This document shows, piece after piece, positions 1-13,800 of a DNA stretch of 64,000 nt. How positions within the stretch are numbered: the stretch's first letter is position 1; each line of letters opens with the position of its first letter. The notes under the pieces were generated by a model, which ran no database searches, was not told the DNA's origin, and saw only the letters and a program-made list of their open reading frames with translations. The DNA is from Squalus acanthias (Eukaryota). The translations under genes were made by a program, and so were the position numbers. Location: positions 131,566,001 to 131,630,000 of the forward strand of contig CM059432.1 in assembly GCA_030390025.1 (NCBI GenBank). The letters are read 5' to 3'.

Positions 1-87
1 CACATGCCAAAGCTGATATTTTAGTTTGTTGGTATCCTCTTCAGTTATATCTGTTCAGTATTTAATATCTTTGAAACTCTTATGCAG

Positions 88-271
88 TGTGCATCATCTT
101 CGTGATCAGATGCTTGCCATTTCAAATGCTATCAATGAGCGATACGCCGACCGAACGATTGACCGGACCAGGTCAATGCGGCATCTCACTACCCGGAAAT
201 CCAGAGATTCCTGGGATGAAGGGCTTTTAAGGTCTACTAATGAGCTGTTCAGCTGGTTAAAACAGCAAAAG
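88..271 (+). CDS. DSP: Desmoplakin exon (human exon 4 equivalent)
   Basis: tatgcAG acceptor, VHHLRDQMLAISNAI...SWDEGLLRSTNELFSWLKQQK, donor GTAAGC at 272. Confidence 0.88.
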
Positions 272-537
272 GTAAGCCAAGTCACACTTTAAAAAAAAAA
301 AAAAAAAATTTTTTTTTTAAAAATCATTGAAATATTTACAAAATAATGAAAAGGAGAACTGGCCTTTTAAAATTCAGGTTTTTATTAATATTTCCATTTT
401 AATTTCTTAATTTTTCCAGTTTTCTGTCCTTTCTCCAGGTGTAACAGTTACGCACCACGCCCCTTTTGATTTTTGAAGAATAGTACACCAGGGATAATGT
501 TCAGGAATTAATCTTAACAGATATAGGGATGAATAAA

Positions 538-1506
538 TCGTTGAAGGTGGCAGGGCAGGTTGAGAAAGCGGTTAAAAAATCATACGGGATCCTGGGCTTT
601 ATAAATAGAGGCATAAGAGTACAAAAGCAAGGAAGTTATGATGAACTTTTATAAAACACTGGTTCGGCCACAACTGGAGTATTGTGTCCAATTCTGGGCA
701 CCACACTTTAGGAAGGATGTAAAGGCTTTAGAGAGGGTGCAGAAAAGATTTACAAGAATGGTTCCAGGGATGAGGAATTACAGTTACGTGGATAGACTGG
801 AGAAGCTGGGGTTGTTCTCCTTCGAGCAGAGAAGATTGAGGAGATTCGATAGAGGTGTTCAAAATCATGAGGGGTCTAGACAGTGTAGATAGAGAGAAAC
901 TTCTCCCATTGGTGGAAAGGTTGAAAACCAGAGGGGACAGATTTAAGATGATTGGCAGAAGATCCAAAGGCGACAAATGTGTGGGTTAGGTTGATTTGGC
1001 TATGATAAATTGACCCTTAGTGTTAGGGGGGATTAAATATGTGGGGTTATGGGGATAGGATGGGATATGTTAGGGGGAATTAAATACGTGGGGTTACGGG
1101 GGTAGGGTGGGATATGTGTACTGTGGGGATTAAAGCAGGGACAGGGTACTGGATTTGGATGATCAGCCATGATCGTATTGAATGGCGGAGCAGGCTCGAC
1201 GGGCCGAATGGCCTACTCCTGCTCCTAGATTCTATGTTTCTATCTATGTTTCTATGACATGAGGAAAAACATTTTTACGCAGCGAGTGGTTATGATCTGG
1301 AATGCACTGTCTGAAAGGGTGGTGGAGGCAGATTCAGTAGTGGCTTTCAAAAGGGAATTGGATAAGTACCTGAAGGGGGGGGGGTGGGTGGAAATTGCAG
1401 GGCTACAGGGAAAAGGCAGGGGAGTGAATTGCTCTTGCAGAGAGCCGGCACGGGCTCAATGGGCCGAATGGCCTCCTACTGTGCTGTAACGATTCTATGA
1501 TTCCAT
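538..1506 (+). mobile_element. CR1 LINE 3' fragment (RT C-terminus and tail), interrupted by a SINE
   Basis: YKTLVRPQLEYCVQFWAPH...RVQKRFTRMVPG peptide; GGGCCGAATGGCCTCCT...(ATTCTATG)n tail. Confidence 0.9.
976..1255 (+). mobile_element. HE1-like shark SINE 3' part nested in CR1
   Basis: GGTTAGGTTGATTTGGCTATGATAAATTGACCCTTAGTGT core, CR1-derived tail, flanked by GACA at 972-975 and 1256-1259. Confidence 0.65.
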
Positions 1507-1869
1507 GAATATCCGGTGAAGTTGGTGTTTATATCATTTAGACACAATATCCATTTTTCCAAAAGTGAATGTAATGGGAATACAGTAATGAGACAGTGGG
1601 CAATATTCCCATTTCCAGCTCTATGGAAGGTGGGTTGAGGGGATGGCACCAGGCTTGGTTGAGGGATTTATGGCCCTCTCCTCCTCTTAATCTTCTCACA
1701 GTATGCACATTAACTGACTCATTTATTGCTTCAATTACAAGGTACCTCACTAACCTCCCCCCCACCGCCACACATTTCATCACCCACCCCCCCAACTATT
1801 ATTGTTCCTTATTTCACTTCGAGTCCAAGGGTGGTAATGTTTGAGTGAAAGATAGAGGGAACCCTACAT

Positions 1870-2722
1870 CGCCTAGCATTATCACGATGAAATGTCTGCA
1901 GAATCTCAATTCTTCTTGTAGCACTCAATACTTCATTGTACTTGTTTTCAGCCTCTATCCTTGGATGACAGAGAGCTGTCATCAACCATGGCTGAAGCAG
2001 GTACCCACGTTGCTGTGGCTAAGGAGTTCAGGTATCTTGGATTGCCTGAGAACAAAAGCTTTCTGGGTAGCACGCGTTGACATGTAGAATGAAGTGGCTG
2101 GCGTTACTCACAATCTGCACACTCAGTGAATGAAATCTCTTCCAGTTGATGAATTTGATGGCATTTTCAGATGAGGCCTTTATTACCACATGGGTGTTAT
2201 CAATGGCGGCCTGCCCTTGAGGGAATTCGACACATGAAAAAAATTGATTTCTCTTTTTTCTCTCTCTGCCTTGGGTCCACGGGTTAAAAAAAAAAATGAA
2301 TTTGAGGCCTGCCTGAACAGGGTTTTGTGTCAACTATTTACTGAAGTGATGCACTGCTGATTGTCTTGTATGACTAATATTACCTGAGGCTGCTTGGAAA
2401 CATCCAGTTATGTAAAAATTTGGAGTGGTTGTCACCTTTACAGCTGTGCCCCAGTGACCAGAAGCTGCAGGTCAGGTGCCAACTGCGGGTAAATCGCACT
2501 TTCTGCATTGGGGGGAAACTGAAGCCTTCTTGCACAATGCCAATAGGAAAAACCTAGATAGGACCTCATTGGTTGGTCAACTGTCTGGCGGGGTACCCAC
2601 AGGTCGGATGTTTGATGTGTGCATGATACTGTCCTTTCTTGGCTTCCATCCTCTCCTCCACGTCCTCATCATCCTCTTCTTCCAAGCATAGACGCAATGG
2701 AATACCAGGAGGGAAATCCATC
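1870..2722 (-). mobile_element. Decayed PIF/Harbinger transposase (HARBI1-like DDE) coding remnant
   Basis: Minus-strand peptides VKVTTTPNFYITGCFQAASGNIS, FPQGQAAIDNTHVVIKA...FINWKRFHSLSVQIV...YPES, LLQPWLMT; frameshifts and stops. Confidence 0.8.
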
Positions 2723-3194
2723 ACTTCCCTAAAATTAAATTCTCTCCTTAAATTGTTTGTTTAATCTAGCATAACCTTTAATTCCCAGTGTTTCAATAGG
2801 CTGCTTTATTGACAGTCACTTCCAGGCTTTTCAGTCCTAAAGGTTCGCCTATCTCTGTAAACAATGACCTCAAGTATGCTTTCGTGCTTCAGGGACACCG
2901 TACTGGATTCAACACCATTTATAGTGGTGGTGTTTCCTGGAGGTGGGAACTGGGTAGAAACTAAGGGAACTCCTGGGATAACCAACCCACACACTCCTTC
3001 CTTCATCTACCTGCAGCGGAAAAGTCCACATTGCGGTTATCGTAGGAAAGTAATAGGCATTTTTTGGGGTGGGGTTCCGGCAGTAGATCATCCCACCTCA
3101 TTTTCCTTGCCGTACTCCCTCTGTATCACCTGAATTCAGGTGAGTTTTGCCAGGAAATTCCAGACCATAGTGTATTGATTTGGGTGCTAGTGCA

Positions 3195-3755
3195 CTAAAA
3201 ATAGCTATCCAGCCTAATCCCACTTTCCAGCTCTTGGTCCATAGCCCTGTAGGTTACAGCACTTCAAGTGCATATCCAAGTACTTTTTAAATGCGATGAG
3301 GGTTTCTGCCTCTACCACCCTTTCAGGCAGTGAGTTCCAGACCTCTACCACCCTCTAGGTGAAAAGAGTTCTCCTCAACTCCCCTCTAATCCTTCGACCT
3401 ATTACTTCAAATCTATGCCCCCGATTATTGACCTCTCTGCAAGGGAAATGAGTCCTTCCTATCCACTCTATCTAGGCCCCTCATAATTTGATACACCTCA
3501 ATTAAGTCTCCCCTCAGCCTCCTCTGTTCCAAAGAAAACCACCCAGCCTATCCAGTCTTTCCTCATAGCTAAAATTCTCCAGTCCTGGCAACATCCTGGT
3601 AAATCTCCTCTGTACCCTCTCTAGTGCAATCACATCATTCCTGTAATGTGGTGACCAGAACTGTACGTAGTACTCTAGCTGTGGCTGAACTAGTGTTTTA
3701 TACAGATCAAGCATAACCTCCCAGCTCTTGTATTCTATGCCTCGGCTAATAAAGG
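3195..3755 (-). mobile_element. CR1 LINE 3' fragment
   Basis: ORF 3514..3714 LYKTLVQPQLEYYVQFWSPHYRNDVIALERVQRRFTRMLPG. Confidence 0.88.
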
Positions 3756-4642
3756 ACTCCGTTGTCAGTGTAACTTTGTAAGATTATAGTATTTGTTGTA
3801 TGATGCCATGTGCCTTCAAATCCCACTGTAATATTAACTTTATCACTTTTGCATACATCATGCTATGCCCATCTACACAATGATTCGTTCAGCTATAAAT
3901 TAATTTTATTTATTACTTTTTAAAAAGCCACGTTCTATTCCTTGTATTAGACTCTTGGGCTAATTAGGTTGGTTGAATAATTGTGCTTTATTTTATAAAG
4001 AACTCCTGCTATCTAACCTACAGTACAATAATGTGCATTTTCCGATGTAACATAGACTGAACAGTCTGCAGATGGATAGATAGGTCAAAGTAATAGAATA
4101 CCTGAGACATGCATTGTATTGCGCAGGCTGATACTGACGCTTGAAGTGGTGTCAGTGTCAGTGGGAGGAGACTGAAATCCTATAGTCAAGAGCAGTGGTT
4201 TAAAGGTTTTCAAAATAGAATTTAGTTTATGGGCTGAATTTTCCTCTGGGGTGGTGTCACCGCCAGAGGTGGGTTGGGAATTCTGGGGGGGAGAGAGAGG
4301 GGAAAATTTCCAGCAGCTAATTTAGCAGCAGGTATCTAGCTATAGGCCTCTCTGCTTAGGTGGTATAGGAAAGTTAAATCCAGCTCTGTCATATGCAGAC
4401 CAAGTCATCAGTATTCATGTTATGCTTGATCTCGTGACCCATGTAGACAAAACTATGTCCAAGGCTTGATTTTTCTGGTGTCATTCCTAATGCTAGTGTT
4501 TTGTATTATGCCAATATATAGAGAAAATATTTTAAAAAATTAAAAGCCACCTAAATCACAATTAGCAAATAGCCTTATGTAAGAGGAAAGGGGTTCAAAA
4601 ATCAATATTCTGGCTAAATCGATCTCTTCATTCCCCATACAG

Positions 4643-4771
4643 AATTTAGTAAACGCTCAAGAATGGGGTGTAGATGCAGCCTCGGTAGAGCAACAGATAA
4701 ACGATCAAAGAAGATACCATAAGACCCTAGAAGACTTTCAGTGGAAAATAAATAAAGTCAAATCGGAACAG
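4643..4771 (+). CDS. DSP: Desmoplakin exon (exon 5 equivalent), 129 nt
   Basis: atacAG acceptor; NLVNAQEWGVDAASVEQQINDQRRYHKTLEDFQWKINKVKSEQ; donor GTAATT. Confidence 0.93.
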
Positions 4772-6477
4772 GTAATTGCGCAAAGCCGTTGTCGAACATT
4801 CCCCCCCCCCCCCCCCCCCAAAATTCTGCTTCGTCTGATGTAAATGGAAGCAGTGGAAAGAACGTCGCTGCTGCACTTGGAACACTATTCCTGGAAGAGG
4901 GACCATACTTCCGAGAAATTCAACTGGCCTTTGTTACCGGTGCTGTCTCTTGGCTCTAACAACGTCCCACAGCTAAGCGTGCTGTGAGCAGACAGCAGAG
5001 ACATGCACAGCAGATGGTTTACCCAGTAGCACAGATGAGGAGGTGGGCTGCAAGTGGTCCCTGAGTCATGTATGAGGGACACTGCCTTAATGAATAGCTC
5101 CACAAAGTCTGGCTTGAAATTTGGAAAAGTAGTCTTCTCGGAAGGTTTATTGCCAGCATTGTGAAGACTGGAATCTTGTCGCAGCCATTACTAAAGTTTA
5201 AACTGTAGGGGACCACGAATCAGAGACTTTCAATGGAGATGACCATATTCGTCAAAATTAACTGAAATCTGTAAGAAACTATGGAATCTAAATGACACAC
5301 TGCCCTCTGTTGGTAACTTTTAAAGTTTTAGTTAAGCTTATCTGCAGCGCCCTTTTAGGAGAGACTTAGCCGATATGAAAGTGGTTTTATATTTTCCACA
5401 ATATATTTTACAGCAAAAAAATTCTAATAAGCATTGGCCTTGGTCAATATTATTTTATGTGTACCTCATATAAATACGCCAATGTGCAGCAAAATCCATT
5501 TTAGTTCATCGAGGTGTGCTGTTGCTGCTTTAAAGTGTCCCTTCTATCAGACTACTTTACTGCACGACCAAGAATGCCTGTGCTGCACAATTAGGATTTG
5601 TTCATACTGGAAGTAAAGTCAACCTAAATCGTAGAGATCAAGAGTACAAAGTGCTGTGTGTGCTCAGACTCCTTTTTCCAATTCTATAGCGACCTAACCA
5701 GTGGCCCTTAAAGGGACCACTGTGGGCCTTTGCTGGCCCATGCTTGGTCCCCCCCCCTCGTTCTTTGGAGGAGTGACAGGCACCCGTAGCTCATCGCTAA
5801 TATTACAATGAGGCCCAATTCTTTGTCGAGCCGCTGGCCTCGTGGTTCAGCCGCACGCAAGCGTGCTATCAGTTATGCACCCGAAAGTGGACTGCAGTGA
5901 AGTTCTGGCCCACTGTATTTGCAAAACAAAAATAGTAAATCTACATTGGCTAATGGAAGTATCAAATAACCAACAACCAATTTGCGCAAAGATTGAATAT
6001 ATAGCTTAGAACATTAAACTTTAATTACCACTTGAGTTGCTCTGCAGATGCATTTCTTATCTTAACAATAATGTTTATATGAGATTGAAAGACGACTATT
6101 AAAAGCTGCTTTTATATTGTGCTAAGATTTGTGCTAGTGACGCTCACTTGCAGGGTAGATTTTAACTTTCACTGCCAGGCAAGATAATGGTGGTAGCAGA
6201 TCGGCTGCCTGTTAATTTTTTTTAAAATTCGTTCCTGGGATGTGAGCGTCGCTGGCAGGTCAGCATTTATTACTCCTGAATGAAGATCGCAAGAGACTCG
6301 ACTGCTGCTGTAAATGCTTAGTTAGATAGAGTGATCCTTTATGCTATCTGCCAAATCGATCACGATATCTGGATTCCGCTGTATAATTACCAATGTCATT
6401 TTTTCCTGTTATTACAAACCAGATATCTAATGATGGTTGTGCATTCAGGGGTTCTGATTGATTTCTTCCTCTCCTAG

Positions 6478-6546
6478 AAAGACAACTATTCTGACAACTA
6501 CAGACAAAGCATTCAAACAATAGAAAATGATTATGAAAGCATTTTG
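6478..6546 (+). CDS. DSP: Desmoplakin exon (exon 6 equivalent), 69 nt
   Basis: ctcctAG acceptor; KDNYSDNYRQSIQTIENDYESIL; donor GTAAGC. Confidence 0.85.
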
Positions 6547-6639
6547 GTAAGCAGAAGTCTTTTTCGTAAAACTAAAATCCGAATTTTTGGTAATTTTAAT
6601 TGAACAAATAATGAGTGTTGATTTTTCTGTACATTTTAG

Positions 6640-6801
6640 AAAGCTTCAGTGGATAGACATGATCAACTGAAAAAGCTTCTGAACGTAATTTCAGCCACAT
6701 CCAATGAGATTATGTGGATAAATGACCGTGAAGAAGAAGAACTTGTTCACGATTGGAGTGATAAGAACACAAACATTGCTGAAAAACAAGAAGCTTTCTC
6801 A
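6640..6801 (+). CDS. DSP: Desmoplakin exon (exon 7 equivalent), 162 nt
   Basis: ttttAG acceptor; KASVDRHDQL...EIMWINDREEEELVHDWSDKNTNIAEKQEAFS; donor GTAAGT. Confidence 0.95.
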
Positions 6802-6906
6802 GTAAGTCCATATATTTCAAAATACCACAACATTCACCAAAGCTGCATTCTACAATTACAAGTTAGAGTTAGAATTATAATTCTATCATCCTCCCATCCC
6901 TGCCCC

Positions 6907-6909
<3 letters not shown>

Positions 6910-6953
<44 letters not shown>

Positions 6954-6988
6954 GCTCTCTCGCGCTCTCTCGCGCTCTCTCGCTCTCG

Positions 6989-7041
<53 letters not shown>

Positions 7042-7050
7042 CTTCCCCCC

Positions 7051-7096
<46 letters not shown>

Positions 7097-7097
7097 A
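6910..7097. repeat. Compound (CT)n / (CTCG)-interrupted microsatellite followed by poly-C and poly-A
   Basis: Directly visible. Confidence 0.95.
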
Positions 7098-7494
7098 CAG
7101 CCAGTAGGGTTGGGTGAGGGTGGCAAGATTTACACCCAAGATGGACAATCAGTAAGTAGTTTGTATTTACTTCAGAAATATGCACATGTGTTCTTGATGC
7201 CGAGCATTTTTTTTTAAATGAGTGGTTCCTACTGACTGGTTGGCTTTACTGAGCTAAACTTGAACAAAGACAAACACTCATGACTATGCAAATAGAATTA
7301 CTACTTCTGTCCACATAACAGTTTTTTTTACTCCAGTTTCTTTTTTATGATCTTCACCACTGTTCCCCAAATTTTCTTGCTGAAATTTAAAATTTTTGCC
7401 AAATGTAATGCTTTCATGATCTGATAAAATAACCCAAAAAAGGTTCATTCTTTTAAATCGAAGTCTGTCTGTATTTATCAGTCATCATTAATGT

Positions 7495-8215
7495 GTAACT
7501 ACCATCATATCTTCCCCTTAAAGGCATCTAAGCTATTCGCCTCAACTACTCCCTGTGGTAGCAAATTCTACATTCTAACTACTCTGTGGGTAAAGGAGTT
7601 TCTCCTGAATTTTTTATTGGATTTCAGATGAGATGTTAAACCGAGGCCCCATCTGCTCTCTCAGGTGGATGTAAAAGATCCCATGGCACTATTTTGAAGA
7701 GGAGCAGGGGAGTTATCCCCGGTGTCCTGACCAATACTTATCCCTCAATCAACATCACTAAAAAAACAGATTATCTGGTCATTATCACATTGCTGTTTGT
7801 GGGTGCTTGCTGTGTGCAATTTGGCTGCTGCGTTTCCTACATTACAACAGTGACTACACTTCAAAAAGTACATCATTGGCTGTAAAGCGTTTTGGGACGT
7901 CTGGTGGTTGTGAAAGGCGCTGTATAAATTCAAGTCTTTCTTACTTTCTTTAGTGACTATCTTCTACTTCTGGCTCCTAGTTTTGGACACCCCCCACAAG
8001 TGGAAACACCTTCTCTACATCTACCCTATCAAACCCCTTCATAATTTTAATGACCCCTATTAGGTCACCCCTCTGTCTTCTCTTTTCTAGAAAAAAGAGC
8101 CACAGTCTGTTCAATCTTTCTGATGGTTATAACCTCTCAGTTCTGGTATCATCCTTATAAATCTTCTTTGCACCTTCTCCAGTGCCTCTATATCCTCCAA
8201 GTGTGGACTAACCAA
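7495..8215 (-). mobile_element. CR1 3' fragment split by a SINE insertion
   Basis: Reverse-strand CR1 RT/tail text on both sides of 7625..7950. Confidence 0.65.
7625..7950 (+). mobile_element. Deu-domain SINE (SacSINE1/AmnSINE1-like), 5'-truncated
   Basis: GATGAGATGTTAAACCGAGGCCCC...GTAAAAGATCCCATGGCACT...TTACAACAGTGACTACACTTCAAAAAGTA core with L2-type tail. Confidence 0.8.
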
Positions 8216-9409
8216 GTATATCTGGAGCTCCATTCCTGACTGCATATCAGAATCCAAGCTAAGAGTGCTAACTTGTTAAAAATTTACCCCATCATTAAGT
8301 TTGGTTAAAATCAAATAATAATTGCCTTTTTTTTTAACAGCCATCTAGTTTCCGTTTCTTTAAGGAAAACCATATGTAGGGAATTAGGTCTTTTTTTTTG
8401 TCTATAACTAATTGGCCCTTGATATTCATAAACTTCCTGCATCAACATTCTTTTTGTGTAATTTTGTCCGTTTTCACCTTTTTAGCTTATACATTTAGAG
8501 TACCTTTTTTTTGGAATAACTTGATTTTTTCGGAGAAAAACATGGTAAATAGTGGTACCCAGTTATAATGTATATCATTTAAATGACCATAAAATGTTAG
8601 TACATTAAACTTTACATTCCAAATTCTGTGTAAAGATATGATTTTTGTTTAATGATTTCACTGTCATCTGTGTCCCTTCAAAAACAGAATTTTAATGGCT
8701 TAGAGAAAAAAAAAATGCTTTCTAAAAATGCAACTTGAAGGAAAAAGGATGATTTCTTTTGAAAACTTCTTTCTGCACTACTCCGTGTTCTGGAAGAGAG
8801 AGGGAATATTTCAGCTTTATTGTTTTGTTTTCTGCACCTTTTATGGAGTTCCTGTAGCATTTACATCCTGTATAATTAACCTGTGGTAACGAATGCAAAA
8901 TTATATGAATGTCAGCAGTAAGCTACTACCAAATGGAACAGAGGAATTGGCCAGGAAATTATGGAAAACAAATTGGCAAGTTTAAAAAAAAAATAAAAAA
9001 AAATTAAGTTTTGCATTTCAGCAAAAAGTGGAACACTGAGGAGACGGACTCGCGCTCTCTCTAGCCTGGCAAGACTCTTAAATGTTCTCTTTGTGAACTT
9101 TGGTGTGGCTGTCAGGCTCCTGACTTGGTGACCATGATGGTTACCTGGTCAAAATTTGAATATAGTGCATGTAAACTGACATCAACTGGGCACGTAGAGA
9201 TTTTTTTTATACATGGCATACAATGTGTTTATATGACAGAAGAGGCATTGCAGTGTTTGGAAGTGACATTATACGGTACATTTGGCCTATCTTCAGTGTT
9301 TGACACCATCTTGTGGGGCGACTTTTATTGAATTAAAAACATTTTATTTTACTGTTTTGCTTGCGCACATCTTGTGGTTAATTATTAAAATTTTACTTGT
9401 TTTTGCTAG

Positions 9410-9514
9410 ATGATGATGAGCCAGTTGGAAGAAAAAGAAAAGCAGTTAAACAGACTCAAACAAGATGGCGACCAGCTAGTAGCAAATAATCATCCTGCAG
9501 CTGACAAGATTGAG
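9410..9514 (+). CDS. DSP: Desmoplakin exon (exon 8 equivalent), 105 nt
   Basis: tgctAG acceptor; MMMSQLEEKEKQLNRLKQDGDQLVANNHPAADKIE; donor GTGGGG. Confidence 0.94.
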
Positions 9515-10844
9515 GTGGGGGTGCCTGGTTAATCAGTCAATTTAGGGGCAGTGTAAATCTTGACTCAAAGTCTTGTCAATCAAGCTTGCCATCAGGTTTA
9601 GAGATTGGGAAGTGACACTTATCCTGGTATGCACATTCACATCTAACCACTCTTGAAAATGTGGAGCACGATCAGCATTGATTACCTAGGTATCTGTACA
9701 AGATGTTAGCGACAATTGGTACAAGCCTGAAAATTAGGTTGGGTACTGCTTCTGTATCAAATTCCTTTGCTATTTTAATGGAGGGGTTTAAAATAAATGA
9801 GTTAATGCCCCAGATAAGTGCTGAATTCTTGCCTCCTAAACTTTGGCACAAAACATATTTGTAGCATTTATTGGATGGAAATTACATTGTTTGATACCTT
9901 ATGAATGCTTAACACATTAGTCATTTTCTATCTTAATAGAATGTTAAAATAAATGTGATTAAAAGCACATTTAACATTCATACAATAATACTGCAATGCT
10001 GTAATTTCCAGATGAGCAGTGCCACATAGGTATGTTCTGGAAAATCCTAGAAATAAGAACTTTGCACCCATCTCTGCCCTATATAAAATCCTGTTCCAGT
10101 ACAATGCATTGTCGCCTTGGGCTCCAACATTAAACATTACTGATTTCAGGAGTCAGCATATGCAGAGCAAAAAATAGTTTTCATCAATGCTTAGTATTTA
10201 AAAGCAATAATCTTCAAATGAGAGGCTTCAGCTTGCAATAGAACAGATACTATGGTGCCTGAAACCACAAAGCAAATTGTCAATCCCATTTACTATTTCC
10301 AATTTAATTCACAATTAATTTAAATAGAGTAAATTCTGTCTGCAGTTTTCAGACTATAATTGGTGAAATCGCATCCCTTGGATTACAGAAATTACTTAAA
10401 ATGTGAAATTTGACCTTCGCCTTTGCATTGTAACATCTCTGTCCCAGTGGTAACTTTTGGACCAACATTTTTGTCCTTTTTAAAAAACCCTAAACTGGTA
10501 GAGAAATGTTAGAGAAATGTCTGTTCCCATTTCTCACCAGGCATTTTTATTCTCCTGGACATGTGAAAGTGTCACCTTCACATTTTGGCAGCGCCTTCTC
10601 ACAAATAGCCTAATTGTCTGCAGGTTTTGAAGAACACAGATTTAGATTTTTTTTTTTCCCCCGAGTTAAACCCCACATTTTTCATTTTCAGTCATTTTCA
10701 GAAAAGACTGAGGAAACAGTAATGAGCAGTTCTAAATATACTTAGATTCTAAACAGCAAATACTGAAGATTTGAATAAAGACAGAAGAGCTGGAAATAAA
10801 CAGGTCCATCGGCACTGGGGGGAAAAAATTGCATAGTTCTAGAA

Positions 10845-13800
10845 CAGGGGTGGGCAATTACTGGGGCTGGAGGGCCACTTAAGTTTTGGTGAGCTGTTGG
10901 CTGCGCACCAATCTTTACCCCTAAGGGGCGAGGTCCCACACAGGCCGCTCACCAACTCCTGCCGCTGGAAGAAATACCACGCAGCAAATTTAAAGGGACT
11001 GCGCATGAAAAAGAAATTATAGGGAACATTACCCCGCGCACAAAATGAATTGTGTGCACAACAGCTACCGTTAAAATTAAAAACAGTGAATGCAATGTCC
11101 AGTATACCCGGGTCCATTTAGTTACGCCTCCACTAGGGGACAAGGACCGAATCCATTTGGTTAGCGTTGAGGAGCAAAAAGGGTATGATCATGCTTTTGG
11201 GGGTATTCTATAGGCCTCCAAATAGTGAGAGAGAGGTAGAGGAGCAAATCTGCAGGGAAATCGCAGAGATATGCAAGAGCTATAGAGTGGTGATATTGGG
11301 GGACTTTAATTACCCTAGCATTATCCCAATCAATATTTGGGTAAAGGGAAAAGAGGGGGAGGAATTTCTAAAATGCGTTCAGGAGAATTTCCTTGACCAA
11401 TATGTTCTTGGCCCAACTAGGAAGGAGGCATTGCTGGATCTGGTGCTGGGGAATGAGGTGGGCCAGGTCAACCAAGTGGTCTGTGGGAGAACACTTGCGT
11501 ACGAGTGATCATCATCGTATCATAAGATTTAGATTAGCAATGGAGAGGAGCAAGGAACAATCTAGAGTGGAACTTCTAAACTGGAGTAGGGCTAACTTCA
11601 ATGGGATGCGAAAGGATAGGGTAAAATGGAACCAAAGACCGACAGGAAAAATTGTAACGGAACAATGGGTGATCTTTAAGGAGGAGATGTTCCAAGTACA
11701 AGCTAGGTACATTCCAACAAGAGGGAAAGGTAAGGGAACCAAAGCAAGGGCTCCTTGGATAACGAGGGAGATAGATAAGATGATGAAACAAAAAAAGAGG
11801 GTGTATGATGCATGTCAGGTGAATTCTTCAAGGGAGAACCAGACGAAATACAATAAGTTGAGAGGGGATGTGAAGATGAAAATAAGATTGGCAAAGAGAG
11901 AATATGAGAGTAGAATGGCGGTTAATATAAAAGGGAACACAAACCTCTTCTACTGGCATGTAAACAGTAAGAGGCGGGGTAGGGCCTATTAGAGACAAAG
12001 AAGGTGATATATGCTTAGAGGCGCAGGGCAAGGCTAGAATACTCGATGAGTACTTTGTATCGGTGTTTACTAAGGAGGTGGATGCTGACAAAGTATCGGT
12101 AGAAGTGGAAAAGTTAGAAGCAATGGAAGGGGTGAAAATTGATAGACACAATGTACTATAAAGGCTGGGTATGCTTAGAGTGGACAAGTCGCCTGATCCA
12201 GATGGCGTGCATCCCAAGTTGCTAAGGGAATTGAGGGAGGAGATAGCGGAAGGGCTTGCCATAATTTTCCAATCTTCCCTAGATGCGGGGGAGGTGCCTG
12301 AGGATTGGAAAGTGGCAAAGTGGCAAGAAAGGGTGTAAGGACAATCCTAGTAACTACAGACGGTCAGTTTAACATCAGTGGTGGGTAAAGTTTTAGAAAC
12401 AATAATCAAGGAAAAAATTAACGGGCATTTGGAGAGGTTTAAGCTAATTAAGATGAGCCAGCACGGGTTTGTAAAAGGCAGATCGTGTTTGACTCATTTA
12501 ATTTTTTGATGAAGTAACAGGGAGGATTGATGAAGGGAATGCAATGGATGTTGCTACATGGATTTTCGGAAGGCGTTTGACAAAGTACCACATAGAAGGC
12601 TGGTTAACAAAATTGAGGCTCATGGAATAGGTGGGTCAGTGGCAGCTTGGATAAGGAATTGGCTTAAGGACAGAAAACAGCGAGTTGTGGTAAATGGCTG
12701 TTTTTCAGACTGGAGGATGGTAGACAGTGGTGTTCCCCAAGGGTCAGTGCTGGGGCCACTGCTTTTTTTGATTATATATAAATGACCTGGATATTGGAAT
12801 ACAGAGTAGAATTTCTAAATTTGCCGATGACACCAAACCTGGGGGTGTGGCAAACAGTGATGATATCAATCGCCTACAACAGGACACAGAAAGGCTAGCA
12901 GAATGGGCAGACAAGTGACAGATGGAATTTAATAGAGAAGTGTGAGGTGATGCATTTTGGCAGAAGGAACAGGGAGAGGCACTATACACTTAATGGCACA
13001 GTTTTAAAGAGTGTGCAGGGACAGAGGGGCCGGGGAGTTAATGTGCATAGGTCCCTGAAGGTGGCAGGACATATTGAGAGAGTGGTTAACAAAGCATATG
13101 GGATCTTGGGCTTCATAAATAGAGGTATTGAGTACAAAAGTAGAGAAGTTATGCTGAACCTTTATAAAGCGCTGGTTAGGCCACAACTGGAGTATTGCGT
13201 CCAGTTCTGGTCACCATACTTTAGGAAGGATGTGAAGGCCCTTGAGAGGGTACAGAGGAGATTTACCAGAATGGTTCCGGGGATGGGGGATCTTAGCTAC
13301 AAGGACAGGTTGGAGAAGCTGGATTTGTTTTCATTAGAGAAAAGGAGGTTGAGGGGTGAGTTGATAGAGGTGTACAAGATTATGACGGGATTGGATAGGC
13401 TAGACGGGGAAAGGCTGTTCCCACTAGTTGATGGTACAAGGACTAGGGGACACAGATTTAAGGTTTTGGGCAAGAGATACAAGGGGGATGTGAGGAAAAA
13501 CTATTTTACGCAGCGAGTGGTGATGACCTGGAATTCGCTGCCGATGGAAGTGGTGGAAGCGGAGACACTCGATGGTTTCAAGGGGAGACTGGATAGGCAC
13601 TTGAGGGAAATAAACTTGCAGAGCTACGGGGATAGAGCGGGGGAATGGGACTGACTGGATTGCTCTACAGAAAGCCGGCACGGACTCGATGGGCCGAATG
13701 GCGGCCTCCTGTGCCATTATGACTGACTATGCTAATTAAGTGGAATAATAAAATGAGTGAATAATTGTGCTAGAATTAATAACTCCACTAACCATCATTG

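Noticed and set aside
6547..6639. 93 nt in-frame intron as retention candidate
   Set aside because: Contains an in-frame TGA.
6834..7185. Minus-strand ORFs rich in G and ER repeats
   Set aside because: Translation artefacts of the microsatellite and poly-C.
12947..13654. Active LINE ORF2
   Set aside because: 5'-truncated and broken by frameshifts and stops upstream.
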